Positions 1 through 11,200 of a stretch of 64,000 nucleotides of DNA are shown here, one piece after another. The notes beneath the pieces were generated by a model, which saw nothing but the letters and a program-made list of their open reading frames with translations, did no database searches and was not told the origin of the DNA. Made by a program: the position numbers and the translations under genes. The stretch comes from Candidatus Bathyarchaeota archaeon (GTDB lineage Archaea > Thermoproteota > Bathyarchaeia > Bathyarchaeales > Bathycorpusculaceae): the NCBI GenBank assembly GCA_963832745.1, contig CAWHVC010000001.1:512001-576000 (forward strand), read 5' to 3'. How positions within the stretch are numbered: position 1 is the first letter of the stretch; every line of letters starts with the position of its first letter.

Positions 1-326
1 GTTAATGCGATGTAGGCATAGGTTTTGGCGTCTTTAAGGTTAATGTTGTATTTTGGCGTGTGCTGTTTGATTAGTTTGTTTTCTAAAAGTAGGGCTTCGA
101 CTTCGTTGTTGACAAGGATGAAGTCAATGTTGCGGATTTTTGAAACCAACTGACGTGTTTTAGGCGGCTGGTCAATGCTTGCAAAATAATTTTTGACCCG
201 TGAACGCAGATTCTTAGCTTTGCCAACATAGAGTATTTCTCCTTCGTCGTTTTTGAAGAGGTAGACTCCGGGGTTGACTGGAACATCTGCGCCTTTGAAT
301 TCTGACGGGTCATTTATGTGGATCAT
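1..326 (-). CDS. uvrC: Excinuclease ABC subunit C, N-terminal part (runs off window)
   Basis: Manual translation from ATG at 326 (ATGA overlap with uvrA stop): MIHINDPSEFKGADVPVNPGVYLFKNDEGEILYVGKAKNLRSRVKNYF, a GIY-YIG domain; follows uvrB-uvrA. Confidence 0.95.
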   Translation of the reverse strand, partial: MIHINDPSEFKGADVPVNPGVYLFKNDEGEILYVGKAKNLRSRVKNYFASIDQPPKTRQLVSKIRNIDFILVNNEVEALLLENKLIKQHTPKYNINLKDAKTYAYIAL

Positions 327-3214
327 GCAGTTTGCTTCTCTGACGAATCTACATGTTGATGGTTAAGTATTTTTTCCAAAAACTGTCCCGTGTAAGAGTC
401 CTTAACTTTGGAGACGTTTTCTGGTGTACCTTCTGCAAGTAGGCGTCCGCCTGCCGCTCCGCCTTCAGGACCGAGGTCAACGAGGTAGTCGCAGCTTTTG
501 ATGACGTCAAGGTTGTGTTCGATGATGAAAACTGTGTTGCCGTTGTCTACAAGGCGGTTTAGGACTGTAATGAGACGTTTGGTATCGTCAAAGTGCAGGC
601 CAGTGGTGGGTTCGTCAAGCATGTAAACTACGTGCCCCTGCTTGTTTTTGCTAAGTTCTCTAGTGATTTTGATGCGTTGGCTTTCTCCACCCGACAATGT
701 CGTAGAACTTTGCCCCAACTTAATGTAGCCAAGCCCGACGTCCTCTAAGGTTTTGAGTTTGCGAGCTATGCGTGGCGTATTCTCAAAAAACTTCACTGCT
801 TCTTCAACGGTCATGTCAAGGATTTCAGCAATATTTTTGCCTTTGTAGAGTACAGCAAGGGTTTCTTTGTTGTAACGTTTGCCTTTGCATTCACTGCATT
901 GAACATAAACGTCGGGTAGAAAGTTCATTTCTATGCGGATTACTCCGTCGCCTTGACAGTTTTCGCATCTGCCACCTTTAACGTTGAAGCTGAAGCGTCC
1001 TTCTTTGTAGCCGCGTGCTTTGGCTTCTTTTGTGGAAGCAAAGATTTTGCGGATTTCGTCAAAAAGTTTGGTATAAGTAGCCGGGTTGCTACGTGGTGTT
1101 CTGCCGATTGGGTCTTGATCGATAACTATGACATTGCGTACAACCTCTGGGACTAATATGTTGTCGTGTTTGCCGATTTTGTCGACGCGCTCGCCGAAGA
1201 TTTGACGCAGCCGTGGAATAACAGTGAGGTTCATTAGCGTGCTTTTGCCTGACCCAGAGACGCCTGTGATGCCACACAAAACGCCCAATGGCAATTGGAC
1301 GTTTAGGTTTTTGAGATTGTTTTCTTGTGCACCTTTAACGGTGATGTAGCCAATGGGTTGGCGGCGTTCCTGTGGAACCTCAATTTTTAATTCCCCGCTA
1401 AGGTATTTGCCTGTTAAGCTGCGTTTGTTCGCCATAACCTCCTTGGGCGAGCCTTCTGCAACGATGAAGCCACCATGGACTCCTGCGCCGGGTCCCATGT
1501 CTACAATGTAGTCTGCACTACGCATGGTTTCTTCGTCATGTTCCACCACGATTAGGGTGTTACCGAGGTCACGAAGCCGATGCAGGGTGCTGATTAACTT
1601 CGTGTTGTCTCGTTGGTGCAAGCCGATGCTGGGTTCGTCAAGAATGTACAGAACGCCCATGAGATTGCTGCCGATTTGGGTGGCTAGGCGGATTCTTTGT
1701 GCTTCTCCGCCTGACAAGGTTTTGGCTGCACGTGAAAGGGAAAGATAACCTAAGCCCACATTGGTTAAGAAGCCGAGGCGCGCGTTGATTTCTTTTAGCA
1801 CCTGTTTGGCGATTGCTGTTTCTTTCTCGTTAAGCTTCGCGGGGAGGTCAAGGAAGAATTCGCCTGCTTTCTCGATGGACAAGTCGGTCACGTCGATGAT
1901 GCTTTTGCCCTGAATTTGAACCGCCAAAACGACTGGTTGCAAACGTTTGCCGTGGCAGCTGCCGCAGGGTCGGCTTTTCATGAATTTCTCAATATCCTGT
2001 TTACGCCATTCGCTTTCAGTTTGGCGGTAAAGCCGCATGGTTTGAGGTATTACGCCTTCCCAGCCTTCACGCATCCACATGCTGGCGCCGTTTGACCAAC
2101 TACCGTTGATAGGTTCATGGTCACCATGGAGCAGTACATGAAGCTGTTTTTCGGTGAATTCGCTTATGGGTGTAAATACGTCAAACCCATGCTTTTTGCC
2201 TACCATTGCTAATTGCTGTGCTCGCCATGACAGATCCATTTTGCCGTAAACTTCCAAGGCACCATCCATTATAGATTTGGATTTATCTGGAATAACAAGT
2301 TCTTCGGAAACTTCGGTGATTTCGCCGAGGCCATGGCAGGTTGAACATGCGCCAAACGGTGAGTTGAAGCTGAACATGCGGGGTTCAAGACTTTCAAAAA
2401 CGATTTCAGGATGATTGGGGCAGGCTCCAAAAGTGCTGAACATTGTTTCGCCTTCGAAGCGTTCGAGCTCCCGTTTTTCGCCGACCTCTTTTTCAGCGTC
2501 GATAACTATGATTGTTCCTTTGCCCGTTTGCAGTGCCTGCTCGACGGCTTCTGCAATTCTTTGCCGTTCCTCATCACTGATTTTTACGGTATCGATGACT
2601 GCTTCGATCCAGTGCTTTTCATACCGCACCAGCTTGACTTCCTCTTTGATGCTGTCTGATTCGTAAATTTTTTGGTCGACACGGATTTTGGTGAAGCCCT
2701 GCTTTTTTAGTTCTTCGAAGATTTGTTCGTGGGTGCCTTTCATGCCTCGGATGATTGGGGCAAGGAACACGAGCGTTTTGCCTTTTTCTTGCATGATTAG
2801 GCTGGTGATGTTTTCTGGGCTTTGTGGATGGATGCTGCTTCCACATTTGGGGCAGTGGTGTGTGCCGATGCGTGCAAAGAGTAGTCTTAAGTAATCGTAG
2901 ATTTCGGTGACTGTGCCTACGGTGCTGCGTGGGTTTTTGCTTGTGCTCTTCTGTTCAATGCTGATGGCTGGCGATAAGCCATCGATTGAGTCCACGTCTG
3001 GTTTATCCATTAAACCCAAAAATTGTCGTGCGTAAGCGCTGAGGCTTTCAACATAGCGTCTTTGGCCTTCAGCGTAGATAGTGTCAAACGCAAGAGTTGA
3101 CTTGCCGCTGCCTGACAACCCAGTAACCACTATCAACTTGTTTCTGGGCAATTCCAAATCAATGTTCTTCAGGTTATGCTCTCTTGCGCCTTTAACAGAA
3201 ATAGAGTCTCTCAT
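323..3214 (-). CDS. uvrA: Excinuclease ABC subunit A
   Basis: GAREHNLKNIDL start, two Walker A motifs (GLSGSGKS, GVSGSGKS), LSGGEAQR/LSGGESQR signatures, Zn fingers. Confidence 0.99.
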   Translation of the reverse strand: MRDSISVKGAREHNLKNIDLELPRNKLIVVTGLSGSGKSTLAFDTIYAEGQRRYVESLSAYARQFLGLMDKPDVDSIDGLSPAISIEQKSTSKNPRSTVGTVTEIYDYLRLLFARIGTHHCPKCGSSIHPQSPENITSLIMQEKGKTLVFLAPIIRGMKGTHEQIFEELKKQGFTKIRVDQKIYESDSIKEEVKLVRYEKHWIEAVIDTVKISDEERQRIAEAVEQALQTGKGTIIVIDAEKEVGEKRELERFEGETMFSTFGACPNHPEIVFESLEPRMFSFNSPFGACSTCHGLGEITEVSEELVIPDKSKSIMDGALEVYGKMDLSWRAQQLAMVGKKHGFDVFTPISEFTEKQLHVLLHGDHEPINGSWSNGASMWMREGWEGVIPQTMRLYRQTESEWRKQDIEKFMKSRPCGSCHGKRLQPVVLAVQIQGKSIIDVTDLSIEKAGEFFLDLPAKLNEKETAIAKQVLKEINARLGFLTNVGLGYLSLSRAAKTLSGGEAQRIRLATQIGSNLMGVLYILDEPSIGLHQRDNTKLISTLHRLRDLGNTLIVVEHDEETMRSADYIVDMGPGAGVHGGFIVAEGSPKEVMANKRSLTGKYLSGELKIEVPQERRQPIGYITVKGAQENNLKNLNVQLPLGVLCGITGVSGSGKSTLMNLTVIPRLRQIFGERVDKIGKHDNILVPEVVRNVIVIDQDPIGRTPRSNPATYTKLFDEIRKIFASTKEAKARGYKEGRFSFNVKGGRCENCQGDGVIRIEMNFLPDVYVQCSECKGKRYNKETLAVLYKGKNIAEILDMTVEEAVKFFENTPRIARKLKTLEDVGLGYIKLGQSSTTLSGGESQRIKITRELSKNKQGHVVYMLDEPTTGLHFDDTKRLITVLNRLVDNGNTVFIIEHNLDVIKSCDYLVDLGPEGGAAGGRLLAEGTPENVSKVKDSYTGQFLEKILNHQHVDSSEKQTA

Positions 3215-3258
3215 AACTCCCTACCCTAAATCCTAAGCCCAAATCCGCCTCTCCCTTT

Positions 3259-5238
3259 TCAACTTTGTTGCGTCGAACCTGCAAAATTCTCTGCTTTCTG
3301 CTCATGTTTCTGCTTCTCAGCCAAATCCCGAGTCAACCCGTTCATGGCATCACGCAATTCAATAGCTTTCTCGAAATCCAGCTTCTCAGCGGCTTCACGC
3401 ATCTTCGCATCCAACTCAATAATTTGGCGTTGAATGTCCGATTTGGCCAGATGCTTGGTGCCTTTGATGACGCCTTCTTTCTCTGAAACTTTCTTGACGA
3501 TTGTCTGCGGGGTTATGCCGTGGACTTGGTTGTAACGTTGCTGGAATTTACGGCGGTAACTGGTGATTTCCATTGCTCGTTTGATGGATTGAGTTTTGAC
3601 GTCCGCGTAAAGGATGACTCTACCGTTTTCGTTTCTGGCTGCTCTGCCGATTGTTTGGATTAAGCTGCGTTCGTCACGCAGGAAACCTTCTTTGTCAGCA
3701 TCAAGAATGAATATGGTTGCGACTTCAGGAATATCTAAGCCTTCCCTTAGCAGGTTAATCCCAACAAGAATGTCAAAATCGCCGATACGTAATTGCCTTA
3801 CAAGTTCAATGCGGTCAAGGCTGTCGATTTCGCTATGCATGTAACGTACTCGGAAGCCTTCTTTGACAAGGTAGTCGGCGAGGTCTTCAGCCATACGTTT
3901 CGTCAAAGTTGTAACCAAGACTCGGTTGCCCTGCTCAATGGTTTTTTTTGCTTCCTGCATGAGATGCTTCATTTGTCCCTCGATTGGGTGCAACTCTATT
4001 TCAGGGTCCAAAAGCCCTGTGGGTCTTGTGATTAATTCAACTGCTGGGCCGCTCTTTTGCAGTTCGTACTGGGCGGGGGTTGCGGAGACAAACAGGGTTT
4101 TGCCCATTTTCTTTTCAAACTCGTCAAACTTAAGCGGGCGATTATCGAGTGCACTTGGGAGACGGAAACCGAAGTCTACAAGGTTCTTTTTACGTGAATA
4201 GTCGCCGTTATACATTGCGTGTGCTTGAGGGATTGTTTGGTGGCTTTCATCAATAATTAAGAGGTAGTCTTTGGGGAAGTAATCCATCAAAGTGAATGGT
4301 GGTTCGCCTTCTTCTCTTCCATCAAAATGGCGGCTGTAATTTTCGATTCCCGCGCAAAAGCCCAACTCCTTTATCATTTCAAGGTCATAGTTTACGCGTT
4401 GCTTAAGCCGCTGTGCTTCCAACGGTGGCAGAACTTCAAGGCGTTCTTCGAGTTCTTGACGGATTTGGGCGATGGCTCGTTCATGCTTCTCTTGAGGCAC
4501 CACGTACTGCCTTGCAGGGTAAATGGTGACTCGATCAATCGAAACTTTAACGTCGCCTGTTACTGCATTAACTTCCTTAATCTTCTTAACTTTGCTGCCT
4601 TCAAATTCGACACGAATAATGTCTTTCTCGTAAGCTGGAACAATATCAACCGTATCGCCGCGGACACGAAAACGTCCTGGCTCCAAAAAAGTGTCGTCCC
4701 GTTCGTACTGCATGTCAACGAGGCTGCCGATTAAACCTTGGCGGCTCAGTTCTCTGCCGACTTGCAGGTCAACTGCGAGGCTTTTGAAGTCTTCAGGGTT
4801 GCCTAAGCTGTAAATGCAGCTGATGCTGGCAACGATGATGGTGTCGTTTCGGCTTACAATGCTTGATACGGCGTGCATGCGCATTTTTTCTATTTGCTCA
4901 TTAACGGTTGAGTCTTTTTCTATGTACATGTCCTGAGCTGGCAAGTAAGACTCGGGCTGGTAATAATCATAAAAGCTGATGAAGTATTCTACGCGGTTGT
5001 TTGGGAAGAACTGTTTCAGTTCGGCGTAAAGTTGGGCCGCCAAGATTTTGTTATGGGCAATTATGAGCGTGGGTTTTTGGAGGCGGTTAATCACATTTGC
5101 CATTACATATGTTTTGCCGCTTCCAGTGATGCCCAACAGGGTTTGTTTTTCTTTTTTCTTGTAATTTTCTATTAGTTGGTTTACTGCGTTTTCTTGACCT
5201 GGCGAAATTTTGAAGGGTGAAACTAGCTCAAACTGCAT
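3259..5238 (-). CDS. uvrB: Excinuclease ABC subunit B
   Basis: LLGITGSGKT, YDYYQPESY, DESH, GINLLREGLDIPEV, C-terminal UVR domain. Confidence 0.99.
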   Translation of the reverse strand: MQFELVSPFKISPGQENAVNQLIENYKKKEKQTLLGITGSGKTYVMANVINRLQKPTLIIAHNKILAAQLYAELKQFFPNNRVEYFISFYDYYQPESYLPAQDMYIEKDSTVNEQIEKMRMHAVSSIVSRNDTIIVASISCIYSLGNPEDFKSLAVDLQVGRELSRQGLIGSLVDMQYERDDTFLEPGRFRVRGDTVDIVPAYEKDIIRVEFEGSKVKKIKEVNAVTGDVKVSIDRVTIYPARQYVVPQEKHERAIAQIRQELEERLEVLPPLEAQRLKQRVNYDLEMIKELGFCAGIENYSRHFDGREEGEPPFTLMDYFPKDYLLIIDESHQTIPQAHAMYNGDYSRKKNLVDFGFRLPSALDNRPLKFDEFEKKMGKTLFVSATPAQYELQKSGPAVELITRPTGLLDPEIELHPIEGQMKHLMQEAKKTIEQGNRVLVTTLTKRMAEDLADYLVKEGFRVRYMHSEIDSLDRIELVRQLRIGDFDILVGINLLREGLDIPEVATIFILDADKEGFLRDERSLIQTIGRAARNENGRVILYADVKTQSIKRAMEITSYRRKFQQRYNQVHGITPQTIVKKVSEKEGVIKGTKHLAKSDIQRQIIELDAKMREAAEKLDFEKAIELRDAMNGLTRDLAEKQKHEQKAENFAGSTQQS

Positions 5239-5416
5239 GCTTTACGCCTAAACTACAAGTAGAAATCGTTAACAAAACGCGTTTAAGAACTTATTATACA
5301 TTGTTTTGTAAAATCCACATTTGAAACATACAGTTAACAAGAAGTCAACATGATTTTTTTGGGTTAAAACGATAAAAAACTAAATAAGTTGTAACGGGGC
5401 ACAGTATAGTTAGGAG

Positions 5417-5749
5417 TTGCCTGTTTTGGAAGAACCCTTTATCGCAGTTTTAAACGAATCTGAACTTAACGAAGGCACAATGAAAGGAGTAGTTGCTGAC
5501 GGAACACCCGTACTATTAATTAAAAAAGATGGAAAAATCTACGCTTACGATGACCGTTGCCCGCATCAGCAATGCCAACTTTCTGGCGGTGAACTCCTGA
5601 AATCAACTGTAGTTTGCCCCTGTCACGAATGGGCATTCAAAATAGAAACAGGCGAATTCACCGTCGAACCAGCAATTACATTAACCGTTTTTGAATGCAA
5701 AGTTATAGACGGCAAAATCTACGTTAAACCGGAGATAAATCCTCAATGA
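5417..5749 (+). CDS. Rieske [2Fe-2S] ferredoxin
   Basis: CPH...CPCH Rieske ligand motifs; GGAG upstream of the TTG start. Confidence 0.9.
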   Translation: MPVLEEPFIAVLNESELNEGTMKGVVADGTPVLLIKKDGKIYAYDDRCPHQQCQLSGGELLKSTVVCPCHEWAFKIETGEFTVEPAITLTVFECKVIDGKIYVKPEINPQ

Positions 5750-6282
5750 AAAATGCACTACTAATTTTCCATTCAAACACAGGAAACACCCAGAAAGTAG
5801 CCAATGCCATAAAAGAGGGCTTAGAAGCTGGCGGCGTCACAGTTGAAATGAAAACGCCCAAAGAAGCAGTTGATCTTGATTTTTACGCTTACGACCTTGT
5901 CTGTGTAGGTTCCCCATCGATTTCTTGGCAACCAGCCAAATCCATTACTGATTTGATGACTGCTAAAATGAACAAGTACCGTGATGAAGGCAAAATCAAG
6001 CCATCCGCACCCAAAGTGCCGGGGAAAAACGCCATGATTTTTGTTACTTATTCGGGGCCTCATACTGGCGCTGATGAGGCAACACCAGTCGGCAAAGTGT
6101 TGGGGCAATATTTTGAGCATTGGGGCTTTGCGGTGCTTGAAGAAATGTATGTGTTATGCGAGTTTGTTGGAAGGGAAGATTTGAGCACGCAGGGCAGAAT
6201 GGGCGACATCAGAGGCAAACCAACCGCTGAAGAATTGGAAAAAGTGAAAAGTGACGCTCAAAAACTGGCACAGCGGTTATAG
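5746..6282 (+). CDS. Flavodoxin family protein
   Basis: FHSNTGNTQKVA FMN phosphate loop, DLVCVGSP; ATGA overlap with the Rieske gene. Confidence 0.9.
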   Translation: MKNALLIFHSNTGNTQKVANAIKEGLEAGGVTVEMKTPKEAVDLDFYAYDLVCVGSPSISWQPAKSITDLMTAKMNKYRDEGKIKPSAPKVPGKNAMIFVTYSGPHTGADEATPVGKVLGQYFEHWGFAVLEEMYVLCEFVGREDLSTQGRMGDIRGKPTAEELEKVKSDAQKLAQRL

Positions 6283-6293
6283 AGGCTTTTTGT

Positions 6294-6569
6294 ATGACTA
6301 AAAGTTTAGAGTTGCCTTTGCAGGTTTACGAGGAACTTGTCAGAACCTCTGAAGAATTGTCTTTGATGGCTAAAAAAACAGTCTCCACGGCTATGGCAAT
6401 TGAAATGCTTATCGAAGTATACCGAGCACACATGAGTGACCCCTGCGCCTTGGACAAATTCAGTATGCAATTAAAAATTGCAAACTTGATGACTCCAAAA
6501 GAGTTCGAGCAGTACTGGGACGAACCAGAAAAACCCCAAACAGCCAAACCTAAGGCAAACAAAAAATAA
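6294..6569 (+). CDS. Hypothetical protein
   Basis: Co-oriented 91-aa ORF in an apparent operon; RHH-like N-terminus possible. Confidence 0.65.
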   Translation: MTKSLELPLQVYEELVRTSEELSLMAKKTVSTAMAIEMLIEVYRAHMSDPCALDKFSMQLKIANLMTPKEFEQYWDEPEKPQTAKPKANKK

Positions 6570-6656
6570 CTTCTTTTTGTGGGCTCAATTTGTGACAACA
6601 CATCTTTAACAGGTGTTTAGTTGTCTTTATTGTTTTAAAAAAATAGGTGAACAGAA

Positions 6657-6887
6657 ATATTTTCAGCTTTAATTTTAGTAAATACTGATATCGGTCAAGA
6701 AAAAAGTGTGTTTGAAAAAGTTAAGAATGTTTCAGGGGTTGAAGAGGCTCATGTTTTGTCAGGCGTGTATGACCTTTTGGTTAAAATTAGCGCCGCTTCA
6801 ATTGAACATTTAAAGGACATTATCCAGCTAAAAATCGGTAACCTGCCCGGTATTGCCAAATTTTCTACTATGATTATTAATGACTAA
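6657..6887 (+). CDS. Stand-alone Lrp/AsnC ligand-binding (RAM) domain protein; apparent ATA start
   Basis: Manual translation ..FSALILVNTDIGQEKSVFEKVKNVSGVEEAHVLSGVYDLLVKISAASIEHLKDII..; GxYD motif; AGGTGA SD-like at 6645-6650; not in ORF track. Confidence 0.8.
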   Translation: MFSALILVNTDIGQEKSVFEKVKNVSGVEEAHVLSGVYDLLVKISAASIEHLKDIIQLKIGNLPGIAKFSTMIIND

Positions 6888-6960
6888 AATTTTGAGATAG
6901 TTTTGACAATTACTTTTCAATTGTTAACATATTCAATTCTTCAGTTACTATTTTGAAAAC

Positions 6961-7368
6961 ATGTCCTTATACGTGCTTGTTCCAACACAATTTACAAATT
7001 TTAGCTCATTTGTTCCTTTATGGGCTGATGTTACATACGCTAATGGGACTAAAACAAAAGAAGTATCATCTGTTCGTTCATATTACTCAATTTCAGGATA
7101 AGTTGAGCTTAAAGAATCGTAGCAGGACAGCACAATTTAACTGTTTTTGCCCGAAATGACGTGCATTCAATGCAAAAGGTTGCCTTCTACAACAAGACTG
7201 TATTTTATCATAAATGATGGAAGCTTACCAGGTGCATCTAACATTGAAGATAGCCCACCTGAGTCTGAACCGTCTAATAATATTACTTATGCAACTGTAG
7301 GCGCTTTTTCACTTATAATTGTAGTATCCTACGTTTTGGTTATCAAAATCAAGCCTAAGAGACCGTAA
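6961..7368 (+). pseudogene. Decayed fragment of a membrane-anchored surface protein
   Basis: One frame from ATG 6961 with in-frame stops at 7099, 7120 and 7138, ending in a P/S/E linker, TM helix and basic tail. Confidence 0.4.
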
Positions 7369-7443
7369 ATTTTCCTGTTTTTCTTCTTTTAGATAAAATT
7401 TTTAAATCATTATAGTTTAATTCTCCATTATGAGGTTGCTAAG

Positions 7444-8001
7444 TTGGCTGTTCCTTTAACGTTTTTGTTAGTAGGGGCAGGCTTCTTTTTGCTTATGGCG
7501 GCAGTAGGCATTATTAGAGGTACTAAACTTAAAGAGAAAGCCTACTGTGTAACCGGGTTAGTTTGCATATTGCTTTCAGTTTGGTTATTGCTAATGTATT
7601 TTAACCAGATTCTTTTCGGAATCTGCTTCTTTTTTGCAGGCGTTTTAATTGCATTTTTTAACTATAGAAAATCAATGGATGCAACTTACCGAGAAGCAAC
7701 TGCATACGCATCCAAAACAGATTTGTCTAAACCTTTAAAGTTAATAGAGGTTTTTAGCTGGGTTGGCTGGTTCAAGATTGCCACACATTGGGGGACACGT
7801 AAGGCAACGGTTTTTTATGCCCTTTTCAATTTAGCTTTTATCATGATATTTCTTGCTTTACTGGTGTTGTTAAACGTTGGCGGTATATCTTTTATTGCTG
7901 TGGTGTCTGCTGTTGCCGTGCCAGGTGTTCTTGTTTCTTCCATCGCAATTTTCAATCAGCAAGTAATCAGAAACATAAAACAACCCCAAAATAACCACTA
8001 A
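7444..8001 (+). CDS. Hypothetical membrane protein
   Basis: 185 aa, several hydrophobic segments, GAGGT upstream. Confidence 0.7.
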   Translation: MAVPLTFLLVGAGFFLLMAAVGIIRGTKLKEKAYCVTGLVCILLSVWLLLMYFNQILFGICFFFAGVLIAFFNYRKSMDATYREATAYASKTDLSKPLKLIEVFSWVGWFKIATHWGTRKATVFYALFNLAFIMIFLALLVLLNVGGISFIAVVSAVAVPGVLVSSIAIFNQQVIRNIKQPQNNH

Positions 8002-8253
8002 AACAACTCAGCAGGTTGCGGCAGCTTGCACAACTAATAAACAAACAACAGCATGGAACAAACCAAAAAACCAGTCGCCAACTCAAATGTTTAGTTGTTG
8101 TTGCGTAAAGTGAAATTATCCTCAACAACTTTTAAAAAAGCAATCACGCACCAATCTAACCTATAATTAGGCCTTTAAACCCATATTTCACGCTTTTTTG
8201 GAGTTTATACTTTTATTAGTCTCTTTTGCGTAATTTGCGGTACGGGATATAAC

Positions 8254-11200
8254 GTGACATCTTCAACCGAGCAAGCTGATTCTAACCAAAGTTTACCTAC
8301 TAATTATACTCCGCTTGAACTAGAAAAACAAATACGCGAATACTGGACAAAAAACCTTATCCGCGAAAAACTCGAGCAACTACGAGATTCACCAGCCATT
8401 AAGGGCAACCTTGGCTACGTAGAAGGCCCACCCACCTTAAATGGCATACCTCACATTGGGCACGCGCGTGGACGCATCATGAAAGACATCCGTTACCGCT
8501 GGAAAACCATGGAAGGTTACTACATGCCTTTCTGGGCAGGATGGGACTGCCAAGGCTTACCTGTCGAACTTGAAGTTGAAAAACTTCTCGGCGTCCGTAA
8601 TAAACGTGAAATGCTTGAACGTGTCGGTATGGAACGCTTCATAGCTGAATGCAAAAAAGCCATCATGCGTTACCACGAAATGTGGCTAAACGCCGATAGC
8701 CTCCTCGGCATCGCCATTAATCAAGACAAAGCTTACTGGACCTACAAAGACGAGTATATAGAACGTGAATGGCAAATTCTCAAATGCGCCTGGGACCAAG
8801 GCTTGTTAGAAGAAGGACACTACGTTGTCGCTTACTGTCCAGGATGCCAAACAAGCCTTAGCAGCGCTGAAGTCGGCTATGAAGGCAGCTACAAAGAAGT
8901 TGAAGACCCCTCATTCTACTTCAAATTCAAAGTCACAGGCACCGAAAACGAGTACTTCCTCGTCTGGACAACTATGCCGTTCACCATAATCACCGACACC
9001 ATGCTTGCTGTTCAGCCAAACGCTGAATACGTTAAAGTCCAAGTTAACTCTGAAACGTGGATTATGGTTAAGCAACGCGTAGAACCTGTCATGACTGAAC
9101 TGGAAATCAAAAATTACCAAATCCTTGAAACCGTTACAGGTAGAAGCCTCGAAGGCACCGCATACGATTACCCCTTAAAAGACATAATTCCCAAGCAAGC
9201 GGAAAATGAAACCAAACACCCATTAGTTCACAAAGTTATCGGTGAAGATTTTGTTGACGTAGACACAGCCACCGGTGTAGTTCACCTTTCACCTGGCAAC
9301 GGTGAAGATGATTTCTGGGCAGCAAACCGCCGAGGCGTCCCCATCTATGCACCTTACGATGACGATGTCAAATTTACTAAAGATGCTGGCTTATTTGTAG
9401 GCATTTTCGCTCGGGACGCTGACATGCCCGTCGTGGAAGAACTCCGTAACCGCAACGCTTTCGTCGCCCTCAAAAAGACAAAACACGAGTATCCAACCTG
9501 CTGGCGGTCTCACCACAAAATCGTTTGGCTTGCCCGCAAAGAATACTTCCTACGCACCGACAAAATCAACGCCAAAGTCCTTGAAGCAGCCCAAAAAGTC
9601 AGCTACTTCTATGAAGAACCCAAAAACCGTTTCTTCGCATTTCTGCGTGAAGGTAAACCATGGTGTATCAGCCGTGAACGCATCTGGGGTACACCATTGC
9701 CCATGTGGACCTGCCAAGCATGCGGCAACAAACGTTTAGTTGCAAGCAAAAAAGAATTAATTGAACTCTCTCAGGAGCCGATTCCAGATGATTTTGAACT
9801 GCACAAGCCATGGGTTGACCGTGTTACAATAAAATGCAGCAACTGTGGCGGCGTGATGAAACGGGAAGACTTCGTTTTGGATACTTGGCACAACAGCGGT
9901 GCTTCACCATACGCGCGTTTTACGGATGAGGAAATCGAAAAGTTTATCCCTGCAGACTTTTTGACCGAAGGTATTGATCAAACAAGGGGTTGGGCAAACT
10001 CTTTGTTGCTTGAAAACGTTATTCGTACAGGTAAAGCTGAAGCTCCTTACAAGTCTTTCTTGTTCCAAGGCTTAACTCAGGATGCTAAAGGCCGTAAGAT
10101 GAGTAAAAGCTTAGGAAACACGGTTGAAACGGCGAAAATGCTTGAAAAAACCAGTGCGGATTTGTGCCGTTTTTACATGATGCGCAAATGCAGTCCGATT
10201 GATTTCATGAATTTTGACTTGCAAGAACTTAGCCGCCGCAGTTACCAAGTCCTATCCACACTGTACCATTTAAGCAGATTCTTTTTGCAAAACGCAGAAT
10301 TTGACGAATTCAACCCTGCAACTTACAGCATGGATTGGGCAATTAAAAACGGTAAACTCCAGCCAGCCGACAAATGGATGCTCAGTAAAATGCAGGAGAA
10401 AATTCAGCAATATACAGAGAACCTTGGAAAATGTGAGTTCAATGCGGCTGTAGCTTTACTTGATGACTTCGTTATTGAAACGCTTAGCCGCTTGTATGTG
10501 CCGATGATTCGCAAAGAACTTTGGACTGATGAACCTGAAACTTTGGAACGCCGCCAAACCATCTATGCTCTTTTGCACCATACACTCAAAACCGTTACGT
10601 TGCTGTTTAACCCTGTTACGCCCTACTTAACTGAGGCATTGTACCAGAAAGTTTACCGTAAACTCGAACCAAACCTACCTGAATCGGTAAACTTTGAAAA
10701 ATGGCCACTTGTAAACGAAGCACTTCGAGACAAAACGTTGGAAGAAGAATTTGACACTATGCTTAAAGCCGTCTCAATCTCGTACGCTGCACGTCAACAA
10801 GGCAAACTGAAACGTCGCTGGCCACTTGCTAAAGCCATTGCAGTTGCTCCACAAAAAACCCTTGACGCGCTTAAACACCTTGAACCAATCCTTCTTGACT
10901 TAACCAACGTTAAAAGCGCCGAATACTCCATAGCCGTTCCAGAATATGTTGGAGGGGAAAATTGGGTGTCAGCACAAGAAAACGACTTGACGATCTTTAT
11001 TAGTGGACAACGTGACGAAACCTTGCTGGGTGAGGGCATCATGCGTGATTTAGCACGCCGCGTCCAAGCATTGCGAAAAGAAATAGGTTTCACCCCAACT
11101 GACGTACTTGTATCCGCACACATCGCTGAACTCGACGCTGAATCCATGCAACTGCTAAAACCGTATCTTGAAGAAATGGCAGGCTTAATCCGTACAAGAA

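Noticed and set aside
83-313. ORF-track 76-aa ORF
   Set aside because: Out-of-frame shadow of uvrC, which starts at 326 and runs off the window.
8010-8100. Possible further copy of the dispersed repeat (AAAAAACCAG..CCAACT, similar to ~52405)
   Set aside because: The match is short and A/C-rich and lacks the CCTACCCC core.
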